Origin: a virus
Direction: 5' to 3' (one strand)
Length of the DNA stretch: 64,000 nt
Virus record (IMG/VR): IMGVR_UViG_3300035698_025300
The position numbers and the translations under genes are program-made. Below the pieces are notes generated by a model, which saw only the letters and a program-made list of their open reading frames with translations, searched no databases and was not told where the DNA came from. Below, piece by piece: positions 55,242 to 64,000 of this stretch. Position 1 is the stretch's first letter, and each line of letters opens with the position of its first letter.

Positions 55242-58142
55242 ATGTCAGGATTTTATTCTTATGAAGAGGCGGTCGAAGCCTCTTTGGAATATTTTAACGG
55301 AGACCGACTAGCAGCAGAGGCTTTTGTGGGGAAGTATGCTTTAAAGGACAAAGAAGAGCAATACTTAGAAAAAGACCCCGATCAAATGCATCGACGGGAA
55401 GCTAGGGAATTTTATAAGATAGAAAAGAAATACCCCAACCCTCTTTCCGAAGAAGAAATTTATTCTTACTTGAGCAATTTCGAATATATTATACCAGGCG
55501 GTTCTCAAATGTCTGGTATTGGTAATGATTTTAAGGTTCAGACTTTAGGGAATTGTTATGTTGTGAAACCCCCATATGATAGTTATGGCGGTTTGATGTA
55601 TTCTGATCAGCAGCTAGCTCAACTAATGAAGCGCCGAGCCGGTGCGGGAATTGATATTTCTCCATTACGCCCAAAGAATATGCTCGTTGCAAACGCTGCT
55701 GGGACCACAGACGGCATTGCTGTTTTTATGGAGAGATACTCCAATACTTGCAGGGAAGTTGCACAGAATGGACGTAGGGGGGCTCTGATGATTACCCTTA
55801 ATGTTCACCACCCAGAAATACTTAATTTTATAAACGTAAAAAGAGATTTAAATAAGGCTACCGGAGCTAATATCTCTGTTCGCTTTACGGACGAGTTTAT
55901 GAATGCTGTTGAGAATGATGAAAAATATAAACTTCGTTGGCCAGTTGACTCGAAAGAGCCAGTGGTTTCTGAGGATATTTCTGCAAAGCTTGTTTGGGAA
56001 GCTTTCGTTGATGCTTCTTGGACTTGCGCTGAGCCTGGGTGTCAATTTATAGATGCTATGAACAATAATTCTCCATCGCATTGTTATGGAGTAGTAGATG
56101 AACGATTTTACAATATAACTACAAATCCTTGCGTAACTGGAGGCACAGAGGTATTAACCGATAGAGGCAATATCCCTATAAGAGAGATCGTTAAAAATGG
56201 ATTTGATAATTATAAAGTTTATACTTATGATATATGTAGTGGCAATATAGAGACCGAAAGCATTGTTTTTGGGGGCTTGACTAAAGAGGAGGCTGATGTT
56301 ATAGAACTGGAACTGGATGATGGCGAAGTTTTGCGATTGACTCCTGATCATAAGGTTTATACTGAGAATCGGGGATACGTTAAGGCTTCAATGTTGGGCG
56401 AAGAAGATGTTATATTAAAAGTTGAGAGAATGGAAACAAAAAAGATTGTTAGAAAAAGAATAAAAAAAAATAGAGTCATTGAAAATGAAGATGTGTACGA
56501 TTTGACCGTAGAGAAAAATCATAATTTCTTCGCGAATGGAATATTGGTTCATAATTGCGGTGAAATTATTATGGGGGTTGACTCTTGCAGGCTGATGTCT
56601 ATTAATCTATATTCTTTCGTTGATAATCCTTTCGCCGAGAACGCTGTATTTGATTTTGAAAAGTTAGAAAAAATTTCAGGGATAGGTCAAAGGCTTATGG
56701 ATGATGTCGTTGATATGGAGATTGTTAAAATACAGAAAATCATAGAAAAAGTAAAATCGGATCCTGAACCAGAACATATTAAACAAATAGAATTAGATAT
56801 GTGGCAAGATTATTTGGACACATGCCAGTTAGGTCGCCGAACAGGTTTGGGGATTATGGGTCTGGCTGATGCTATGGCTGCTGTTAATGTTAAGTTTGGA
56901 TCTGAAGAATCTATAAAGATGACGGGCGAAATTTATAAAGTTTTAAATAGAGGGGCATATAAAGAGTCTATTAAGTTGGCAGAAGAAAGAGGGCCATTCC
57001 CTCTTTACAATAAAAAGATTGAAAAAGATAATGAATATCTAAATAGGGTTTTAGAAGCTCACGGATTGAAAAGTAAACACAATAAGGTTGGCCGTCGAAA
57101 CATCGCCCTACTCACTACTGCCCCAACAGGGACAGGAGCGTTAGAGGCTCAGGTCTCTTCTAGCGGAGAGCCAGTTTTTAGGGTGTCTTATAAGAGGAGG
57201 CGCAAAATCAACCCCTCAGATCGGCAGGCTACGGTAGATTTTGTAGATGACAGAGGGGATAAATGGCAAGAATACGTGGTGTATCATTCAAAGTTCCAAA
57301 TATGGATGGATGTTTCTGGAAAAGAAGAAATAGAAGATTCTCCTTACTTTCAGGCGACAGCCGACGATGTTGATTGGGGGGCTTCTGTAAAGATGCAGGC
57401 TGAAGCTCAAAAATGGATTTGCCATTCAATATCTAAGACGTGTAATCTCCCCAAAGAGGCGAGCAAAGAACTCGTTTCAGATATTTATATGGACGCTTGG
57501 AAGTCTGGCTGCAAGGGGTTTACTATTTATAGAGATGGTTGCAGAGACGGCGTGTTATTAGACCTGGAATCTGCTAATAATGCAGGTGGTATCACTAAAA
57601 ACGATGCTCCAAAACGCCCAAAGAAATTACGTGCAGACGTTTATCACATTAAGATTACTAAAAAATTAGATAAACCACGAACATTTGACTATTTAGTTTT
57701 AGTAGGATTGTTGAATGATGAGCCATATGAGGTTTTTGTGATGGAGAACGGTTCACTTCCGAGACATTACAAAAAAGGCGTAATTATCAAAGTGAAACGT
57801 GGACAATATCGTTTGGAGTTAGATGGGGATACAAAAAATAAATATTCTGTAAATAATATTTTAGATAGTACCACAGAGTTCGAAGACTCGTTAACCAGGT
57901 TAACGTCTACGGCCATTCGTCATGGAGTCGATATGTCATATGTTGTTCAGCAATTAGAAAAAGCAGAAGGTGATATGTGGTCATTTAGCAAGGCTGTGTC
58001 TAGGGCTTTAAAGAAGTATATAAAAGATGGAACCCATGTCACAGGAGATGTTTGCGGAAATCCAGATTGCGGCTCTAACGATTTGGTCCGGACGGAAGGC
58101 TGCGTGACTTGTGTTAGTTGTGGTCATAGTAAATGCTCTTAG
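55242..58142 (+). CDS. nrdJ: class II (B12-dependent) ribonucleotide reductase with mini-intein
   Basis: LGNC, RRGA, TTNP|intein|CGEI, RRTGLG, TAPTG, SISKTCN, C-terminal Zn ribbon; likely start MSGFYS. Confidence 0.92.
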   Translation: MSGFYSYEEAVEASLEYFNGDRLAAEAFVGKYALKDKEEQYLEKDPDQMHRREAREFYKIEKKYPNPLSEEEIYSYLSNFEYIIPGGSQMSGIGNDFKVQTLGNCYVVKPPYDSYGGLMYSDQQLAQLMKRRAGAGIDISPLRPKNMLVANAAGTTDGIAVFMERYSNTCREVAQNGRRGALMITLNVHHPEILNFINVKRDLNKATGANISVRFTDEFMNAVENDEKYKLRWPVDSKEPVVSEDISAKLVWEAFVDASWTCAEPGCQFIDAMNNNSPSHCYGVVDERFYNITTNPCVTGGTEVLTDRGNIPIREIVKNGFDNYKVYTYDICSGNIETESIVFGGLTKEEADVIELELDDGEVLRLTPDHKVYTENRGYVKASMLGEEDVILKVERMETKKIVRKRIKKNRVIENEDVYDLTVEKNHNFFANGILVHNCGEIIMGVDSCRLMSINLYSFVDNPFAENAVFDFEKLEKISGIGQRLMDDVVDMEIVKIQKIIEKVKSDPEPEHIKQIELDMWQDYLDTCQLGRRTGLGIMGLADAMAAVNVKFGSEESIKMTGEIYKVLNRGAYKESIKLAEERGPFPLYNKKIEKDNEYLNRVLEAHGLKSKHNKVGRRNIALLTTAPTGTGALEAQVSSSGEPVFRVSYKRRRKINPSDRQATVDFVDDRGDKWQEYVVYHSKFQIWMDVSGKEEIEDSPYFQATADDVDWGASVKMQAEAQKWICHSISKTCNLPKEASKELVSDIYMDAWKSGCKGFTIYRDGCRDGVLLDLESANNAGGITKNDAPKRPKKLRADVYHIKITKKLDKPRTFDYLVLVGLLNDEPYEVFVMENGSLPRHYKKGVIIKVKRGQYRLELDGDTKNKYSVNNILDSTTEFEDSLTRLTSTAIRHGVDMSYVVQQLEKAEGDMWSFSKAVSRALKKYIKDGTHVTGDVCGNPDCGSNDLVRTEGCVTCVSCGHSKCS
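56130..56555 (+). mobile_element. mini-intein (142 aa, no endonuclease)
   Basis: CVTGGTEVLT...TPDHKV...VYDLTV..NHNFFANGILVHN followed by Cys. Confidence 0.92.
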
Positions 58143-58160
58143 TAAAATGAAAGGTATAAA

Positions 58161-58679
58161 ATGGTTAAATTGAAGTTTAAAAAGCTAAATGGTGATGCAA
58201 TAATTCCTGTATATCAAAAAGAAGGTGATGCTGGATTTGATTTTCATGCTGTTATAGATTGTGATAATCCATATTTTGTTAAATCCGGTGAATACTCTAT
58301 ATATGATAGTTCGTTAATCAGGAAAAGAGTGGTAAATGATTGTTTAATTATTCCTTCTATGTGTCAGTGTGTTGTTAGGACGGGTCTTTCTGTTGAGATA
58401 CCAATAGGTTATGAGTTGCAAGTCCGTCCACGCAGTGGTTTAGCCTTTAAGAAAAGTATTACTGTTACGAATTCTCCAGGTACTATAGATTCTGGATACC
58501 GTGGGGAGATTATGGTTATACTATTTAATCTGGGTACAAGCTCGTTTATCGTTGATAGCAGTGATAGAATTGCTCAGGGCGTTATTTCTGTCGTCCCAAA
58601 GGTTGAAATCGAGGAAGTTGAGGAGCTTAGCGATACGGACAGGGGCTCTGGAGGATTCGGTTCTACTGGCAAGAAATAG
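58161..58679 (+). CDS. dut: trimeric dUTPase
   Basis: AGFD, RPRSG, PGTIDSGYRGE, DRIAQ, RGSGGFGSTG. Confidence 0.95.
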   Translation: MVKLKFKKLNGDAIIPVYQKEGDAGFDFHAVIDCDNPYFVKSGEYSIYDSSLIRKRVVNDCLIIPSMCQCVVRTGLSVEIPIGYELQVRPRSGLAFKKSITVTNSPGTIDSGYRGEIMVILFNLGTSSFIVDSSDRIAQGVISVVPKVEIEEVEELSDTDRGSGGFGSTGKK

Positions 58680-58739
58680 CAACATTAATATATAAAATAC
58701 GTTAAATTTAAGGAGACCCGATAGTGTCGGGGCTTTTTA

Positions 58740-60605
58740 TTGAAGGATAATGGGTTTTTTCGATATAAATATAGGCAAGTACTCGTCGGAGACATATGCT
58801 ATATGAATACAGATTTATCAATAAGGAGAGCGAGTTTCTCTGGCAATATTTTGTTTGTATACCGAAACGGTGACAACGATAGTTTTGAATTGGCTAGATA
58901 TTACAAAAAGGCTCACAATCTATCAGATAATCAATTAGTAGGAATTGATTGTTCAGCCGATGAGGTGTTATCAGATTATGTCACTTTTCAAAGTGAAGTC
59001 GAAACACCTATTAGCAACGCCATATCTGCATCTTCTTTCGATGTTTACATTATCGTTCTTGGGATGAACGTTCCAGGTGGTTTTTTGGATGATATAGATG
59101 TAATTTCTTCAACATCTAGAATATCTAGAATCAATCATGTATACCAGAAAAAAACTAATAATTATTTATACGATAAACAGTCTTCTAATTATATGTCAGA
59201 TGTAGATTTTAGTCATGCAATAATATGTTCTAGGATTGATGCTCCATCACTGACAGAAGCTAAGAAGCTAGTTGGCTATAGCAGGGAGTATATAGACCAG
59301 TATTACGCAAATGGAAGAATATATTTTGACCCCTATTCCGATTTTACCGATAGTGAAGCTTCGGCTTATAGATCGGATATGTTGTCTTTTTATAATGATT
59401 TATTATATAAGTTAAATTTGGAAGTGTCTACAACTGTATTTATTGATGATTATACAGATGTGGTAACTCCTTATCTACAGCATGATTCTTTTTATTGGGG
59501 ATGGTTTGCTGACAGGTCAACGAGTTCTTTCTTTTATAGTAGTGACGCTGCTAGGATATTTTTCTATAATGCGGATTATGATTCTGCCTACACGATGAGG
59601 GATTCTTCCAATGGTAACTTTGCTCCTTTAGCTTTGGGCGCTGGCTATATATCTATGTGTGGGGCTATGTCTGATCCAACTACAGGGGGATTTTTACGAC
59701 CATCTCCATTTTTTAGGGTTTTGAATTCTGGGGGAATGATAGGAGAGGCATATTTGTTTGCTGATCCTTATCTTGATTGGACAAACGCTCTCATCGGAGA
59801 CCCGTTGTCTACTGTGGCCTTTCCTGAAAATAGCGAAGAGTCTGTGATAGGTCTCAGTGATGCGGAGAATACATATTTTAAAACATGGTTGTCTACCGCA
59901 GACAACTTAGCAAGGATTATTGCGAGAATTATCCCAGAGACGGAGGCAGCAAAGGATAATTTGTGTATTATTTTGGAGACATCTGATATCCCTCTTTCTG
60001 TAGATTTATTAGAGTCCGCATCTGGCTACTATAAACCATTGACTTCATCTGATTTTAATGAAAATAGATTTTCTGGAATAATTTATTCATGGATGGATAT
60101 GGCAAACAGCACGGTTATACCAAGTGTAAGAGAGCAGTATGGTTTGGAAATTAATGATATAAAAGACTTACTGACGGAGACATCTTCAAATATAAGTCTG
60201 TTGTTAAAGGACATTAACGCAGATTTGACAGATTCAGTAAGTGCATCTAATTATTATGATTCGGGATTTTGGAAGTTTGAAGATTTAATCCAAAATGAAA
60301 ACGGGGGTTTTACTAACTATCATTTTGAGTTACAGTTATCTGATACAGATGATTTTTCTAGTATCTTGCAAAGTTATGATAGTTCATCTGACGTGACTGG
60401 CTGGTTTGTTCAGGACTACAATGGCAGTTATAATTATATTGATAGCTCAGGTGTTTCGTCTTCATTTGTTGGTATGAACATCAAGTATGAATCTCAGGAT
60501 AGCGGATACCTAACTAGTGGACAGGCTTATTATATAAGAATTAGACAAAAGGATGCTTTAGGGGTTTATAGCTATAGAGAGTTTGAGGATATTATTTACA
60601 CATGA
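58740..60605 (+). CDS. TIGR03790-like domain protein
   Basis: LFVY......S..LA.YY...H; WGW, ADYD, GAMSDP, LIGDPL. Confidence 0.6.
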   Translation: MKDNGFFRYKYRQVLVGDICYMNTDLSIRRASFSGNILFVYRNGDNDSFELARYYKKAHNLSDNQLVGIDCSADEVLSDYVTFQSEVETPISNAISASSFDVYIIVLGMNVPGGFLDDIDVISSTSRISRINHVYQKKTNNYLYDKQSSNYMSDVDFSHAIICSRIDAPSLTEAKKLVGYSREYIDQYYANGRIYFDPYSDFTDSEASAYRSDMLSFYNDLLYKLNLEVSTTVFIDDYTDVVTPYLQHDSFYWGWFADRSTSSFFYSSDAARIFFYNADYDSAYTMRDSSNGNFAPLALGAGYISMCGAMSDPTTGGFLRPSPFFRVLNSGGMIGEAYLFADPYLDWTNALIGDPLSTVAFPENSEESVIGLSDAENTYFKTWLSTADNLARIIARIIPETEAAKDNLCIILETSDIPLSVDLLESASGYYKPLTSSDFNENRFSGIIYSWMDMANSTVIPSVREQYGLEINDIKDLLTETSSNISLLLKDINADLTDSVSASNYYDSGFWKFEDLIQNENGGFTNYHFELQLSDTDDFSSILQSYDSSSDVTGWFVQDYNGSYNYIDSSGVSSSFVGMNIKYESQDSGYLTSGQAYYIRIRQKDALGVYSYREFEDIIYT

Positions 60606-60973
60606 TAAGAACAGAAGATTACAAAACTATATCAGATAATGTTAATTTTATTAATTTGCAAGAACATATTATATGGATGCTGACTGGTGAGATTTACGTT
60701 GATGTTTCTGGAGAGTCTTCTAACACGATATATGACCAGTCTGTAGATGCTTTTTTGTCTTCTTTGAATGGTTTTTACGGGGCCGTGCTGGAAGACTGGA
60801 TAAGAAACGACGACCTGTATGATTTCGTTAAGAGGCTTCAACTGCATGTTGTAGCACACTACAAGCAGGACATTAATACGTTTTTGTCTGATAATGAAAT
60901 AAAGGTTAAGAGCATTTTCGCTGATATTTCCGATGCAGTGGGTTATGAAATAGATTCATCTAACATAGAGTAA
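60602..60973 (+). CDS. hypothetical protein
   Basis: ORF coupled to the previous gene. Confidence 0.7.
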   Translation: MIRTEDYKTISDNVNFINLQEHIIWMLTGEIYVDVSGESSNTIYDQSVDAFLSSLNGFYGAVLEDWIRNDDLYDFVKRLQLHVVAHYKQDINTFLSDNEIKVKSIFADISDAVGYEIDSSNIE

Positions 60974-60986
60974 AGCAGATATAAAA

Positions 60987-62879
60987 ATGGCTAAAAAGAA
61001 AGTAAACATATCTGATATATTAAAAAAAGCGCAAGATGATATTATATTGTCTTCCACGAAGAGCGACAGCTATATACCAGATATTATAACATTTTGTTAT
61101 GATAAGAAGTTTTTAGATTTAAAGAGAAGAAACATTACATTAAGACCATTCCAGAGTATTATTTTGAAGGTCTTTTATCGTGGCAGTAGGGGGAACGAAG
61201 ACTTAAAGTTAGCACCAGAAGAGATAGAGCTTTGCCAGCAGCACGGTTTAGACTCAGACGAGAAGGGTGATGTTTTAACTAAATACGAATCCAATAAGGT
61301 GTTTAGGGAATTGGTTCTTGTCTGGGGGCGTCGATCAGGCAAAGACTTTTTATCTTCTATTATTGCTGCATATGAGGCTATGAGGCTTTTAGAAATAGAG
61401 GGTGGAGATCCATATCAATACTATGGAATATCTTCTGCTTCCCCAATTAGTATTTTAACGGTGGCTACTGCAAAAGAGCAGGCAACGCTGGCTTTCCAAG
61501 AGATTAAAGATAGAATTTTGGGGTCTCAATATTTTAAGGATAGAATCGGTCCTGACGGTGTGGGCTCTGATAAAATTCGACTAATGACCCCACAAGATTT
61601 CGAAGAAAATAAGGATTTAGCAGAGCGTAAACTTCCTTTGAAAAGGGGCTCGGTTGTTGTAGAGGTTGGTCACTCTAACTCTGACTCGCTTTTGGGAAAG
61701 GGTATTTTTGTTTTGATCTTGGATGAAGTCGCCGCATATAAGACTACTGGCTCTTCGTCGTCTGGAGAGCGTATATATACTGCTCTTTCGCCTTCATTGA
61801 ACACTTATAAAAGAGACGAGCCAGTGTTGAATGACGACGGCAAGAAAATGTTTAACGAGAATGGCGAGGTTATAACTAAAGTTGTTTATGATTCTAAAAT
61901 AGTTAGCATTTCTTCGCCTAGAGGTGAAGAAGGTATATTCTATAATATTTTCGTTAATTCCAATAAGGTTCCTGGTCGTCTAGCTTGTAGGCTACCTACT
62001 TGGGTAGTTAGTCCGGGATTAACCGAAGAGTCTTTGCGAGAAACAAACTCTAACATGACGGATGAAGAGTTTATGATGGAATTTGGTGCAGAGTTCTCAG
62101 GTACTGGCGGTGATGCCTTCTTCCCCAGGCGAAATGTGGAGGAGTGTTTTAGTCCAGCATTGTCTATTAGGAAGGTGGGCGAGACTGGTCTTATATATTT
62201 TGGACATTTAGACCCCTCAACATCGAGTCATAATTACGCATTTGTTATTTCTCACAGAGAACTATTTTTTAATAAGGAAACTAATAAGAACGACTTTTTA
62301 GTTAAAGTAGATCATATAAAGTTTTGGCACCCAAGCGCTGAATCTCCTATTAATGTAGACGAGGTTGACCAATATGTTATAGATATGAAGAGGAAATTCC
62401 ATTTTGGGCTGATTACTTATGACCAATGGAATTCTACTGGGAGTATTAATAAGTTAAGGAAACACGGTATCCCAGCTAAGATGACCAGATTCACTGATAG
62501 ATATAAGATGCAGATATATTCTGAATTATATAATTTAGTTGTTTCTGGAAGAATGATAATACCAATGCATTTGTTATTGAAGAATGAAATGTTAAATCTG
62601 AGAAGGCGTTTTACTCCTACGGGATATAGGGTTTACCCGAATCCAGATGGGGATACACATACAGATGATATCGTTGATGCTTTGGCGGGCTCAGTATTTG
62701 CTACATTTGAAAGCGATCAAAAGACTCTGCCCGGAGGTAGGCTAGTTAATTTCGGTGGAACTCCATCGCAGAACGCTAGAATGTGGCAGTCAATGAGTGG
62801 TCCAATGGGTTACGGGACAGGGCAGCAGGTTTCGCATCAGTTAGAGCGTATAAATTCCTGGCCAAATAGAAAAAGGTAA
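60987..62879 (+). CDS. terL: terminase large subunit
   Basis: Walker A WGRRSGK, Walker B LILDE, ISSP, nuclease HLDP...YDQW...DDIVDA. Confidence 0.9.
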   Translation: MAKKKVNISDILKKAQDDIILSSTKSDSYIPDIITFCYDKKFLDLKRRNITLRPFQSIILKVFYRGSRGNEDLKLAPEEIELCQQHGLDSDEKGDVLTKYESNKVFRELVLVWGRRSGKDFLSSIIAAYEAMRLLEIEGGDPYQYYGISSASPISILTVATAKEQATLAFQEIKDRILGSQYFKDRIGPDGVGSDKIRLMTPQDFEENKDLAERKLPLKRGSVVVEVGHSNSDSLLGKGIFVLILDEVAAYKTTGSSSSGERIYTALSPSLNTYKRDEPVLNDDGKKMFNENGEVITKVVYDSKIVSISSPRGEEGIFYNIFVNSNKVPGRLACRLPTWVVSPGLTEESLRETNSNMTDEEFMMEFGAEFSGTGGDAFFPRRNVEECFSPALSIRKVGETGLIYFGHLDPSTSSHNYAFVISHRELFFNKETNKNDFLVKVDHIKFWHPSAESPINVDEVDQYVIDMKRKFHFGLITYDQWNSTGSINKLRKHGIPAKMTRFTDRYKMQIYSELYNLVVSGRMIIPMHLLLKNEMLNLRRRFTPTGYRVYPNPDGDTHTDDIVDALAGSVFATFESDQKTLPGGRLVNFGGTPSQNARMWQSMSGPMGYGTGQQVSHQLERINSWPNRKR

Positions 62880-62938
62880 TTCGATATAATATAGGAAATA
62901 AATAGTACGACTATATAATTTCATAATTGGAGTTGAAA

Positions 62939-63622
62939 ATGGCTAAATTCAATTTAAAACAAGCTAATCAGTCTGTTCCTCAAGTGGAAAATAGACTTAG
63001 AACAAGAAACGACGAGTTAAAAACAGAAGCTATAGATGATTCTGGAAGCTATCAGTACCGGTTAAGGGGTGAGCATTCGGACCCAGCGGGGGATACTCCA
63101 TATCAAAAATTAATGGAAGAAGCCCGTAATGATAATGATGGAGACGAGATCACCGAGGCTGCTATGAACCGAAGCGATGGCAAGACCATTAACGATATGA
63201 AGGTGCGATCAGACGACATGGCTAACACTCCTTTAATGGATTATGCTAAAAAGATGGATAATGAGGATGTCTTGCTTAGTTCTGGTAAAAGAGATACTAA
63301 ATTCTGGGATGAGGTTATTGGACCGGGATCACCTGGCCATGATAGCAAAAGTTTCGAAAGGACTAAGGTTGTTAAGGGGCACGGAGGTAGCCAGTTAGTG
63401 TCTAACTACGATAGCAGAGAAGACTTCGAGAAAGCGAACAAGATGGCTAAGGCCGCTTCTGGGCTTCTGAGGGACGCTGACGCTATCATATTCAGTGTAT
63501 ACCGTAAAGCCGCTCAAGAAGGGCGTTCTGAGTTGACCGGGGAAGAGCAGCAAGTTATTAGCGACATTAACAGTGGCAAGATTAGAATCCTATCTGGAAA
63601 TGTTCCTCAAAACTTAGACTAA
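62939..63622 (+). CDS. hypothetical protein, possibly structural
   Basis: MAKFNLKQA start; follows terL. Confidence 0.7.
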   Translation: MAKFNLKQANQSVPQVENRLRTRNDELKTEAIDDSGSYQYRLRGEHSDPAGDTPYQKLMEEARNDNDGDEITEAAMNRSDGKTINDMKVRSDDMANTPLMDYAKKMDNEDVLLSSGKRDTKFWDEVIGPGSPGHDSKSFERTKVVKGHGGSQLVSNYDSREDFEKANKMAKAASGLLRDADAIIFSVYRKAAQEGRSELTGEEQQVISDINSGKIRILSGNVPQNLD

Positions 63623-64000
63623 ATGGTGAGAATTTTGTCTAATTATTACAAAAAAATGCTTTTGTCCTTTAAGTCAAGATCACTGATCGATCAGACAGAT
63701 GATGCTTTTAGAGATGTGTATAATTTAGACAAAGACAAACCGCCTGGACAGCAGAGTTTAAAAACTCCAGGTGATATTAGTACTACGGGTCTAGGGCCAG
63801 ACTACTTCGAAAAGAACCAGCCTCCTAAGCCTTTCTCCAATGAAATTGAGTACTCAACAGTGCCTAAATGGACTGCCCCTTTTGACGGAAATGACCCAGA
63901 TCTAAATGATGCTAAACCTCCAATGACTGGAGGTGAGGGTTGGTATCCGGACGAAAGCCCTCTAGGATTAATGCAGAGTGAAATGCGCAAGCTGAATCAC
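63623..64000 (+). CDS. hypothetical protein, 3'-truncated by the window edge
   Basis: Open frame from ATG 63623 to the end. Confidence 0.65.
   Translation, partial: MVRILSNYYKKMLLSFKSRSLIDQTDDAFRDVYNLDKDKPPGQQSLKTPGDISTTGLGPDYFEKNQPPKPFSNEIEYSTVPKWTAPFDGNDPDLNDAKPPMTGGEGWYPDESPLGLMQSEMRKLNH

Noticed and set aside
1-64000. Bacterial chromosome or plasmid origin
   Set aside because: Terminase large subunit, dense short hypotheticals, dispersed CCA-less tRNA arrays and no core housekeeping operons favour a large phage. A prophage or plasmid-like lifestyle cannot be excluded from this window.

Overview
AT-rich segment of what is most likely a jumbo/huge tailed-phage genome: terminase large subunit, intein-containing class II ribonucleotide reductase, dUTPase, FliA-like sigma factor, glycosylation cluster and many short hypotheticals. 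It carries about 41 tRNA genes, a tmRNA and a compact RNase P RNA, plus a PncA-PncB-NadE NAD+ salvage operon, ADP-ribose erasers and a TerY-P-like vWA/phosphatase/kinase triad. The main finding is absent from the ORF track. Four tRNA clusters are each preceded by a sigma70 promoter, a 21-39 codon leader ORF and alternative hairpins/terminator. Each leader is enriched in the amino acids whose tRNAs lie downstream (N/H/E; S/L/Y/C; Q/P/D; F/K/T/I/W/A/V). This looks like ribosome-stalling attenuation that switches on phage replacement tRNAs when the matching host tRNAs are depleted. One leader is split by a 1375-bp GC-rich DNA methyltransferase island flanked by a 6-bp direct repeat. Many tRNAs have unusual architectures (8/4 Ser set, D-armless Tyr, long variable arms on Ile/Lys/Asn/Cys, a 22-nt intron). 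All structures and coordinates were read by eye, with no database searches or folding calculations.
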